Assembly (NCBI GenBank): GCA_965223705.1
Contig: OZ245015.1
Span: forward strand, 2,112,001-2,176,000
Length of the DNA stretch: 64,000 nt
Direction of reading: 5' to 3'
DNA from: Myxococcota bacterium
GTDB lineage: Bacteria > Myxococcota_A > UBA9160 > UBA6930
Positions 56,097 to 64,000 of the stretch are shown here, piece by piece (the first letter of the stretch is position 1; each line of letters starts with the position of its first letter). Made by a program: the position numbers and the translations under genes. Under the pieces are notes generated by a model, which ran no database searches, was not told the origin of the DNA, and worked only from the letters and a program-made list of their open reading frames with translations.

Positions 56097-57475
56097 TAGA
56101 GACCTCGCAAGAGAACGACCGTTTTGATGGTCTTCCACAGAATCAGGAGATCCATGCCCAGGCTTCGGTACTTGAGGTAGTAGAAGTCGAGGGCGAGCTT
56201 CTGTTCCACATCCTCGACGTCGTTCACGTACCCCTCGCGAATTTGGGCCCAGCCCGTGATGCCGGGCGGCACTGCGGAGCGCGCGCGGAAGTAGGGGTAT
56301 CGCTCGGCCAGCATGTCGACGAACTCCGGTCGCTCCGGACGCGGCCCGACGAGGCTCATGTCACCGCGAAGAACGTTCCAAAGCTGGGGGAGTTCGTCGA
56401 GACGACACGGGCGAATGAAGCGCCCGACGCGCGTAATGCGGTCGTCCGACGCGCCCGCGGCCCAGACGGCGCCCGTGTGCCGCTCGGCGTCATCTCGCAT
56501 GGATCGAAGCTTCCATACCCGGAATGGAATGCCGCCGCGCCCGACCCGAACCTGCCCGAAGAAGACGGGCCCGGGGGAGTCGATCTTGATCGCGATCGCG
56601 GCGAGCCCGATCAGGGGCGCGGCGATCAGCAAGCCGATGGCGGATGCAGCGATATCGAGCACGCGTTTGGTCGCCATGCTGAGCGGGCCGAGAGCGAAAC
56701 CGTCGTTGAAGATGAGGTAGCTTGGCCGAAGCTCGCGGAGGTAGATCCTGCCCGTGACCCGCTCGTAGAAAGCCACCCCGGAATCGATCGGCGTCGCGAG
56801 CAGCTTCTGGCGAAGCAAGTCCTCCGCGGGGAAGTGTTCGTCGCGACGCTTCGACGCGACCACGATGCGGTCGATGTCGAGTTTTTCGAGAAGCTTTCCG
56901 AGTTCGTCGACCCGCCCGATCACGGGACAGCCCTCGATCCAGGCGCCTTGATCGTCGATGTCGTCGGACAGGAATCCGATGATCTCGGTACCCAGGTTCG
57001 GCCGGCTCTGGACGGAACGAGCGATCGCCCGGGACAGGTCGCTGTTTCCGATGAGGAGTACCCGCCGCGTCAGTCGCGACCAGGTCGAAACGCCGCGGAA
57101 CACCAGCCGTCCGAGCAGGAGCAACGGCGCGTAGAAGCCCGCGAAGCGAGCCACTGTCTCCTGACTACCCGCCGGAAACTCGACCACCAGGCCCAAGGTC
57201 AGGCTGCCAAAGGCTGCGACCCCAGCGGCGACGCTGATCGAGAGCAGGGTGCGTCGTCCACTGCCGAGAACGCCGAGACCGTAGGCGTCCGTGTAGTAGA
57301 GGAGGGTGAAGCAAAGGATCCCACCCGCGACGCAAGCGGCCGAAAAGACGGCCAGCGTGAACGGCGGGGAGAAGAGGTGCCAGACCAGCACCCCGGCGAT
57401 GACGAATGCGGCGGTGTCGAGGCCGACCGCCGCGAGGACCCGCCAAATGTAGATGTTTCCTAAGTAATACCGCAT
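56096..57475 (-). CDS. Priming undecaprenyl-phosphate sugar-1-phosphate transferase (PEP-CTERM/XrtA-associated type)
   Basis: KRVLDI, KLRSM, RLDELPQLWNVLRGDMSLVGPRPERP, PGITGWAQI. Confidence 0.92.
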   Translation of the reverse strand: MRYYLGNIYIWRVLAAVGLDTAAFVIAGVLVWHLFSPPFTLAVFSAACVAGGILCFTLLYYTDAYGLGVLGSGRRTLLSISVAAGVAAFGSLTLGLVVEFPAGSQETVARFAGFYAPLLLLGRLVFRGVSTWSRLTRRVLLIGNSDLSRAIARSVQSRPNLGTEIIGFLSDDIDDQGAWIEGCPVIGRVDELGKLLEKLDIDRIVVASKRRDEHFPAEDLLRQKLLATPIDSGVAFYERVTGRIYLRELRPSYLIFNDGFALGPLSMATKRVLDIAASAIGLLIAAPLIGLAAIAIKIDSPGPVFFGQVRVGRGGIPFRVWKLRSMRDDAERHTGAVWAAGASDDRITRVGRFIRPCRLDELPQLWNVLRGDMSLVGPRPERPEFVDMLAERYPYFRARSAVPPGITGWAQIREGYVNDVEDVEQKLALDFYYLKYRSLGMDLLILWKTIKTVVLLRGL

Positions 57476-57633
57476 GACTCGCTGCTTCTACGTCGACAAC
57501 TGGAACCGGCCGAGTCCGCCGGTTGGGGGGCGGAACTGAACGGCGTCGCCTGCTGCGACGCCGATCGGGCTCGAAGTATTCGGGGGCAAAATACCACTGA
57601 AGTGTAACCCTCGTACGCCCCGAGGGGGTTAGC

Positions 57634-58353
57634 CTAGCGGCCGGTCACGACGCGCGTCGAGACGCTCGTCCCGAAGCCGAGCAACTGCTGGAACGGGAAC
57701 AGGAGGCTCTGAATCCCGTAGCCGACGGTCGCGGTGCCGGTGGGCGGGGCGTAAATGATGTCGCCACCCTCGAGGAAGATATTCGTCGACAAGTCGCCGT
57801 TCCGGATCGCTTCGACGTTGACCAGATAGACGTTCGTCGAGTTGTCGCCCGACCGGATGACGCGGATTTCACGCCGCTTTGCGAAGTTCGTCAAACCGCC
57901 CACAGCGCCGATCGCTTCGATGACTCGGGTTTCCCGCTCGAGCGGGAACACGCTCGGATTAAACACCTCGCCGAGCACGGTAATTTCGGTACTGCGGGAA
58001 ACGGCGAGCGCGACGGTTACGCTCGCGTCGCGCTTGTAGCGGGAGATGCGCGTCTGAATGTCCGCGGCGATTTCTTCGGTGGTGCGGCCGGCGACGGGAA
58101 CATCGCCGAGGAGATCGACGGAGATCATGCCGTCGGGTCGCACCGTGACGGTTCTCTCGATGACGGGCTCGGGGAGTATCGCGATGGTGAGTTGGTCCGG
58201 CGGCCTCACGCGGTACGTCTCGACCGATTTTCCCGGAAGCGGAGGCGGCGCACCGGGGCTCTTTCCCGAACACGCTCCCGCAAAGATCAGGACGAGAAAC
58301 GCGAGCGTCGCGATGCTCCAATGACTCGCGGTGCGATGGTTCTTTGCGTTCAT
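57634..58353 (-). CDS. wza: Polysaccharide export lipoprotein (OPX)
   Basis: Lipobox AGAC. YRVRPPDQL, VRPDGMISVDLLGDV, SLBB domain. Confidence 0.9.
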   Translation of the reverse strand: MNAKNHRTASHWSIATLAFLVLIFAGACSGKSPGAPPPLPGKSVETYRVRPPDQLTIAILPEPVIERTVTVRPDGMISVDLLGDVPVAGRTTEEIAADIQTRISRYKRDASVTVALAVSRSTEITVLGEVFNPSVFPLERETRVIEAIGAVGGLTNFAKRREIRVIRSGDNSTNVYLVNVEAIRNGDLSTNIFLEGGDIIYAPPTGTATVGYGIQSLLFPFQQLLGFGTSVSTRVVTGR

Positions 58354-58391
58354 GTGCGTATGCCTCTCCTCTCGGGTAACACAGAAACCCT

Positions 58392-58421
58392 GTTATACTC
58401 GCCGGCTCCGAGCGGGGCCAA
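58392..58421 (-). promoter_or_regulatory. Possible sigma70 promoter for wza
   Basis: TTGGCC-N18-TATAAC on the minus strand. GAGGAG SD downstream. Confidence 0.4.
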
Positions 58422-58524
58422 CACTCTTTGTGGGCTTCTCCTCCAGCCGCCCGCCAACGCTCGTCGAATCGGCTCTTAGCGGCTCTACCTATACTTCGAT
58501 TCGAATCGTGTCGATGATGGATCC

Positions 58525-59556
58525 ATGAAAATCGAGCGTTACGGGGAGCCCCCCTCTAGCTGGGACACGTACGTCGAGGCACACCCCGGCGCTCATCTCT
58601 CTCATGCGAGCGCTTGGGCGCAGGTATTTCACACCGTCTATGGATTGGAACCTGTGTACCTCACGGCGACGACTCCAGAGGGTGCGGTGTGTGGGGTTCT
58701 GCCCCTGATTCGCGTGCGAACTTGGGCGGGCCGACACCGATGGATCTCGATGCCGTACCTCGACGGGGGAGGCGTCTTGGCCGACGACCGAGAAGTCGAA
58801 CGATCCCTGCTCGAGGAAGCGCTGACGCTCGCGAAGGGAGATGACACACGGGAGGTCGAGTTGCGTCAGCTCGCGCAGCTCGAGACCGTGGCGCACGAGG
58901 CCCTCGAAGGGCGCGTGCGGATGTTGCTCACGTTGGCCGACAACGAAGAGGCCCAGTGGAGCGCGCTGCGCGCGAAAGTGCGCAACCAGACCCGGAAAGC
59001 CGAGCGCGCAGGCCTCGCTCTTCTCACCGACCCGGCGGTGGGCGATTTCTACGCGCCCTTCGCCGTCAACATGCGCGACCTGGGTACCCCGCCGCACCCG
59101 GCGCGCTTTTTTGAAGCGGCGGCCCGCGCGTTTGGTGATCGGTTTCGCTTCGTCGTCACCGGCGACGGGGGACGCTCCGTCGGCGGCCTTGTGGCGATCG
59201 ATTTTGCCGGTGTCGTGAGCGTTCCTTGGGCGGCGACGCGACGAGAAGAGAGAGCGCGTTGCCCCAACAATCAAATCTATTGGGAAGCGCTCCGCTGGGC
59301 GATCGCGCGCGGCGCGCGTCGGTTCGATTTCGGCCGCTCCCACCGTGATGCGGGCACGCATCGCTTCAAGAAGGGGTGGGGCGCCCTCGAGGAACCGCTT
59401 CACTGGGTGCGGATCACCGACGATGGCGACCACACAGCGCCGCCGGCCGAAGCGGACCGCCCACTCCTTCGGTGGGCATCGCGGGCGTGGCAGCGCTTGC
59501 CACTCGGGGTCGCGAACTGGCTCGGTCCAAAAATTCGACCGCACTTGCTGAGTTAG
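58525..59556 (+). CDS. FemAB-related (GNAT) protein of PEP-CTERM loci
   Basis: SMPYLDGGG, KVRNQTRK, NMRDLGTP, FDFGRS, FKKGWG. Confidence 0.88.
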   Translation: MKIERYGEPPSSWDTYVEAHPGAHLSHASAWAQVFHTVYGLEPVYLTATTPEGAVCGVLPLIRVRTWAGRHRWISMPYLDGGGVLADDREVERSLLEEALTLAKGDDTREVELRQLAQLETVAHEALEGRVRMLLTLADNEEAQWSALRAKVRNQTRKAERAGLALLTDPAVGDFYAPFAVNMRDLGTPPHPARFFEAAARAFGDRFRFVVTGDGGRSVGGLVAIDFAGVVSVPWAATRREERARCPNNQIYWEALRWAIARGARRFDFGRSHRDAGTHRFKKGWGALEEPLHWVRITDDGDHTAPPAEADRPLLRWASRAWQRLPLGVANWLGPKIRPHLLS

Positions 59557-59572
59557 CGGGAGCGTTGTCCGA

Positions 59573-59917
59573 CTAAGAGCGCGCGCCGTTTCCAGGCGGT
59601 TCGCCCAAACGAAATTCGAAGATCGTGTGACCGATCTGCAACCGATCTCCGTCGGTCAAACCGCTCTGGCGAACGCGCTTGCCGTTCACCCGGAGTCCGT
59701 TCGTCGATTGGAGGTCCTCAATGGTGAACTCGTCCAACTCGCCGTCGTAAACGACGACGGCGTGTTCGCGGCTGATCCCCTCGTCGAGAAGGGTGATGTC
59801 CGTTGTGGGATTCCGGCCGATCAGCGTCTCCCCGTCTTTGATCGGGTAGAGCATGCCTTCGAAGCCACCGTTGCGAATCACCAACGCAGCACTGGGTTGT
59901 TTGCCATCTTCGGGCAA
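59573..59917 (-). CDS. Stand-alone FHA domain protein
   Basis: IGR, ISREHA, DLQSTNG..VNG. TTG 59917 after GGGGGA; start uncertain. Confidence 0.85.
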   Translation of the reverse strand: MPEDGKQPSAALVIRNGGFEGMLYPIKDGETLIGRNPTTDITLLDEGISREHAVVVYDGELDEFTIEDLQSTNGLRVNGKRVRQSGLTDGDRLQIGHTIFEFRLGEPPGNGARS

Positions 59918-59991
59918 GAGACGTCCCCCTGCCGGCGGTCGTTCACCGGACTCTTCGCCTATTCGGAGGGCCGACGCGCAGCCTTGACGGT

Positions 59992-60801
59992 TTAGAGGCG
60001 ACGGTGCGTCAGGCAGGGAAGCGCGGTGCGGGCCTGGCGCTGACTTTCGAGGTCGCAGGTCGCGAGGATCACCCCGGGCTGGTCGCCGGCTTGAGCGAGA
60101 ACGATGCCCCACGGATCGACGACGGCAGCCCGCCCGTAGCTGCGGCGCGTTTCGCTGTGTTGCCCGACCTGCGCCGGCGCCACGACGAAGGCTAAGTTCT
60201 CGATTGCCCGGGCGCGCAGCAGCACCGTCCAGTGATCACGCCCGGTTTCGGGCGCAAACGCGGCGGGGACGGTGAAGAACTCGGCGCCTTGCTCCGCGTA
60301 GTGCCGGTACAGTTCGGGAAAACGCAGGTCGTAACAGACCGACAAGCCGATTCGGCCGAACGGCGCGCGGACGGTCGTCGGTTTGTCGCCGGGGGCGATC
60401 GAATCCGATTCGCGGAAGGGTTGTCCCCCGCGCTTGCTGAGGTCCACATCGAACAAATGAATCTTTCTGTACACCCCGATCACGCAGCCCTCGGCGTCGA
60501 CCCACACGCTGGTGTTGTAGACACGATCCCCGTCACTTTTCTCCGGGAACGATCCTCCCAGGACGTGAACGCGGTGGTGCCGCGCCTGCTCTCGCAGAAA
60601 ACCGACGATCTCATCGTCGAGAGTCTGCGCGCACGGAAAGGGCATTCCCTCGCGTCGCAGGTAGGCGAAGTTCTCGGGCAGGGCGACCCAGGTTGCGCCG
60701 GCGGCGGCGCCTTCCTCGATCGCACGGCGCGCAAACGCGAGGTTCCGATCGACGTCTTGACCCGAATTCATTTGAACGACGGCTACGCGGATCGATGTCA
60801 T
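59992..60801 (-). CDS. Carbon-nitrogen hydrolase (Nit1/deaminated glutathione amidase-like)
   Basis: LPENF, YRKIHLFDV, VCYDLRFPE, RARAIEN. Confidence 0.92.
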   Translation of the reverse strand: MTSIRVAVVQMNSGQDVDRNLAFARRAIEEGAAAGATWVALPENFAYLRREGMPFPCAQTLDDEIVGFLREQARHHRVHVLGGSFPEKSDGDRVYNTSVWVDAEGCVIGVYRKIHLFDVDLSKRGGQPFRESDSIAPGDKPTTVRAPFGRIGLSVCYDLRFPELYRHYAEQGAEFFTVPAAFAPETGRDHWTVLLRARAIENLAFVVAPAQVGQHSETRRSYGRAAVVDPWGIVLAQAGDQPGVILATCDLESQRQARTALPCLTHRRL

Positions 60802-60848
60802 CTTCGGAGGATAGCCGCCGCGCCGCCTTGCGAGGCGGCGAAAACCCG

Positions 60849-62227
60849 ATGAGCCGAGGCGATCACCGACTGCTCACGCTCGACCTGGGTGGGTCCCTCG
60901 CACCGCCCCTCTCGGCGCGTCACGGCGTGCGGCAAAGCGACTTGGCGCGGGACGCCCGGCGCCTTTCCAAAGTCTTCGATCGACTGTTGTCTGCAAAGGC
61001 GCCCTCGGGATTTGCGAAGCTTCCCGGCAGGCGGGCCGTACTCGAGGCGACGCTGCGGACCGCGGGAAGGTTTCGGAGACGCAAGTTTCGCGATTGGGTT
61101 CACGTCGGTATCGGCGGGTCGTCGCTCGGCGCCGAAGCGATCCTGCAAGCCCTCGGACATCCGCTGCACAACTTGATCGCGGGTCGCGACGGGGCGCCGC
61201 CCCGAGTGCACTTCGTCGACAACGTCGACCCCGAGCGACTCGGGGCGCTTCTCGAGTTTCTCGATCTGCGACGGACCGGTTTGCACGTTGTTTCGAAGTC
61301 CGGCGGCACGGCGGAGACGGCCGCGGTGTTCGACGCCCTACGTCAAGCCTTCGAGCGACACTCGGGCGCTTCCTGGTCCGAGCAGACCGTCTTGACGACG
61401 GGGCGGGGAGCACTCGCGCGACTCGCGGAAACAGAGCGCGTCGCCCGCCTGCCGTTTCCAGAGGATGTCGGCGGGCGATTCTCGGCGCTTTCCCCGAGCG
61501 GGCTTCTGACGCCTGCGGTTGCGGGTGTGCGCGTGCAGGACGTGGTCGCTGGAGCCCGTCGCTATCTCGGACAGCTGAGGCGCAGCGAGCCCACCGATCG
61601 CGCACCGGCAATCGCCGCGGCCGCCGCATATCGCATGGCGGAAGACAACGGAAAACCCGTACACGTGTTGATGCCGTACGGAGACCGCCTCGAAGCGTTG
61701 GCTCGTTGGTATGTCCAGCTCTTCGCGGAAAGCCTCGGCAAACGTTTGCCGGGACGACGCGTCGGCGTGGGACCGACGCCCGTTCCGGCGCGAGGAGCAC
61801 GGACCAACACGCGCAGGTGCAGCTGTTTATCGAGGGGCCGCGCGACAAGTGGGTGACGTTCGTGCATTGGGGACGGACGGGACGCGAACGCGGATTGAAG
61901 GGGTTTCCGCCCGCGGAGTTTCTCGCCGGTGTACCGATGGGCGAGCTCCTCGATGCATCGCGCAGAGGCACAGAGATCGCGTTGGCTCGCGCCAAACGCC
62001 CGACGGCGACCTGGAGCCTCCTCGGGAACGCCGAGAGCTTTGGCGCCTTCCTACTCGCTCTGGAACTCCAAGTCGTCTTCCAAGCCGAGTTCTACGGCAT
62101 CGATGCGTATGACCAGCCCGGCGTCGAGGCGGGGAAGGTCGCCGCGTACGCGCTCATCGGGCGCGAAGGCTACGAAGCGGAGAGAAAGCGGATCGACGAG
62201 GCAGCAGCCCCGCGTTGGTTGATTTAA
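60849..62227 (+). pseudogene. pgi: Glucose-6-phosphate isomerase with a single frameshift near 61796-61800 (pseudogene or sequence error)
   Basis: Frame A carries GIGGSSLG, SKSGGTAET, VGGRFS and AESLGK. Frame B continues TDQHAQVQL and YDQPGVEAGK. Confidence 0.85.
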
Positions 62228-62262
62228 CGCGGGGCTGCGAACCTCATCGTCGAACGGTGTGG

Positions 62263-63318
62263 CTACTTGCCCCGAGCGCCCCGGAATTCCGCAGGCTCGA
62301 CACCCGTGCGCCGGATCACATCGTAGAAGTCCTTGCGGTCCTTCTTGGCCAGGCGCGCAGCCCGGCTGATGTTCCCGCCGCACCGACGTAGCAGTCCGGT
62401 CACGTAGCGCGTCTCGAAGGCGCGCTTCGCCTCCTTGAACGACGGTACCTGATCCGCATCGGCGGCGAGCATCAACGCCTCGGCCGTGATGGCACCACCG
62501 CCCGCCAGCCGCACCGCCTGGCGCACCCGCTCGCGAAGCTCGAGCTGATCGCCCGTCCACGGTTCCGTCAACAAGCACGCTCGCGCGTCGGCGGTGAAAC
62601 CCACCGGCCGAAAGCCCGCTTCTTCGGCGAAAACGGCGAGGTAGTGCGCTGCGAGCGGCAGGACATCTTCCGTCCTCTCGGCGAGCGGCGCGATTCGGAT
62701 CGTGTGGTGGGGGGTTGATCCGAACAAGCTCGCGTCCGAGCCCGTGTCGATGGTGGCGATCAGCCGACCCGACAACGGTCGCGGCGCATTCGCACCCTCG
62801 CGCCTGTAGACGCCTTCCGCGGCCGCTTTCGCGAGACTCGCACGCGCCGACGGTGTCAGCCCTTCACTGCGTTCCAGAAGTAGCGTTCCGTTTCCGACTC
62901 GGTCGAGACAACCCGCATACTCTCCCGGCACCGCGGGGTAAACCCCCTCGGCGCAACCGAAGAGTTCCCGTCCTTGCAGGGCCTCCGGAATGGATACGCA
63001 TGAAAGATGCTCGAACGGGCGGTTCGCACGCCGACCCCATTCGTGGACAGCCCGGGCCGTTCCCTGCTTGTCACTGCCGGGAGGACCCATCAGCAAGATC
63101 GGCAAATCCGATCGCGCCGCCGCTGTCGCTTGTTCAATTAGATCGCGGGTCGCTTGGCTCGCACCGATAATTCGATCTTCGCGACGCCGACCCGTCGGCG
63201 CCGGACTCGAAGCTCGTGCGTCGGTGCTAGCTTCCCCCACGTGGGTTCCGCGGCCGCTCTCGGTGAGTGCCCCGGTTCCTCCTTGAGAACTCGTCCCCGT
63301 CATCGCCCTGCTCGCCAT
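62263..63318 (-). CDS. Sigma54-activator-like protein with a degenerate AAA+ domain and intact Fis-type HTH
   Basis: IIGAS, ELFG, PLAERTED and GGNISRAARLA are recognisable. Walker A/B and GAFTGA are altered. Confidence 0.82.
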   Translation of the reverse strand: MASRAMTGTSSQGGTGALTESGRGTHVGEASTDARASSPAPTGRRREDRIIGASQATRDLIEQATAAARSDLPILLMGPPGSDKQGTARAVHEWGRRANRPFEHLSCVSIPEALQGRELFGCAEGVYPAVPGEYAGCLDRVGNGTLLLERSEGLTPSARASLAKAAAEGVYRREGANAPRPLSGRLIATIDTGSDASLFGSTPHHTIRIAPLAERTEDVLPLAAHYLAVFAEEAGFRPVGFTADARACLLTEPWTGDQLELRERVRQAVRLAGGGAITAEALMLAADADQVPSFKEAKRAFETRYVTGLLRRCGGNISRAARLAKKDRKDFYDVIRRTGVEPAEFRGARGK

Positions 63319-63340
63319 GCTCCCCCCCTCGTGCACAAGG

Positions 63341-63375
63341 CAATAGAACTATTGAGAATTCAGGCACATTGTCAA
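63341..63375 (-). promoter_or_regulatory. TTGACA -35 box and perfect palindrome upstream of the regulator
   Basis: TTGACA (minus, 63375-63370). Palindrome CAATAG-AA-CTATTG at 63341-63354. Confidence 0.5.
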
Positions 63376-63459
63376 CGGACTTGCGAGTGGGCGACGGCCC
63401 ATGCGGCGATCTGTGAGGTTCTTCGCACCGAGCTATGCCACTAGAGAGGACGGAACGCT

Positions 63460-64000
63460 GTGGCTAAGTCACCTCGAAATAAGGCTTTTTCGGCTGATTC
63501 CTCGGGGAAAGCCGCACCTCGAATCGCGCCGCTTCCCCCCCAGCTAATCGACCAAATCGCGGCGGGCGAGGTCGTCGAGCGACCGGCGTCCGTCGTGAAG
63601 GAGCTCGTAGAGAACGCCCTCGACGCGGAGGCGACCCGGATCGCGGTCACGATTCGCGACGGTGGCAAGGCGTTGATCGCTGTCTCCGACGACGGCATCG
63701 GAATGAGCGCAGCAGAAGTTGCGCTCGCGCTCGAACGCCACGCCACGAGCAAGATTCGCGTTTCAAGCGATCTGCAACGCATTACAACGTGTGGTTTCCG
63801 GGGCGAGGCTCTGCCCGCGATCGCCTCCGTTTCCGAGCTGCGGTTGGAAAGCCGAGCGCGCGGCACGCGCGAGGGAGCCGAGGTCCGCGTGTCCTTCGGC
63901 GAGCGCGGTCCGCTCGCGGTTTCCGGCTGCACCGAGGGAACACGGGTCGAAGTCGCGCAGCTGTTCGGTGCTGTTCCCGCCCGCCGGAAGTTTCTGAAAA
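63460..64000 (+). CDS. mutL: DNA mismatch repair protein MutL, 3' truncated (absent from the ORF track)
   Basis: Translated by hand: [53 protein letters not shown]. Confidence 0.95.
   Translation, partial: MAKSPRNKAFSADSSGKAAPRIAPLPPQLIDQIAAGEVVERPASVVKELVENALDAEATRIAVTIRDGGKALIAVSDDGIGMSAAEVALALERHATSKIRVSSDLQRITTCGFRGEALPAIASVSELRLESRARGTREGAEVRVSFGERGPLAVSGCTEGTRVEVAQLFGAVPARRKFLK

Noticed and set aside
61790..61805. Programmed ribosomal frameshift in pgi
   Set aside because: No slippery sequence is visible and I know of no such mechanism for pgi.
1..64000. Other Sec/Pyl read-through genes, rRNA, transposases, phage or defence genes
   Set aside because: I saw no other stop codon flanked by continuous family motifs, and none of these elements were recognisable. 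Highly divergent ones could be missed by eye.

Overview
A gene-dense, high-GC (roughly 65-70% by eye) bacterial chromosome segment. Gene content and style suggest a Myxococcota/deltaproteobacterial-type organism; this is inference only. 1-10.5 kb holds catabolic and envelope genes: a phosphotransferase, a 3D-domain lipoprotein, a SPOR protein, a hydantoinase/oxoprolinase A+B pair, a PLP aminotransferase and a MetE-like protein. 10.6-14.5 kb is an acyl-decoration cassette (flippase-like, acyltransferase, ACP, FabG-like, acyl-AMP ligase). 14.6-28 kb holds a TPR membrane protein, pcm-nlpD-apt, a second MetE-like gene, tRNA-Arg(CCT), an LLM oxidoreductase, a thiolase-like gene, a PrdB/GrdB-like selenoprotein split by the ORF track at an in-frame UGA (UxxC plus a SECIS-like hairpin), an FKBP and manA. 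About 29-59.5 kb is a large PEP-CTERM/exosortase-type exopolysaccharide locus: CAAX protease, EpsI, glycosyltransferases, O-antigen-ligase-like, deacetylases, carbamoyltransferase, asnB, one PEP-CTERM protein, wzc, priming sugar transferase, wza and FemAB. The only exosortase homolog in the window lacks its catalytic residues. The window ends with FHA, nitrilase, a frameshifted pgi, a degenerate sigma54-activator-like gene and the start of mutL. Best leads: the stand-alone selenoprotein, the pseudo-exosortase/EpsI pair with an intact CAAX protease nearby, a PUA/EVE-like-TM-TPR fusion, several other catalytically degenerate proteins, and candidate CTG and leaderless starts. I saw no CRISPR array, rRNA or mobile element. 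All family calls are motif recognition by eye, not database searches.
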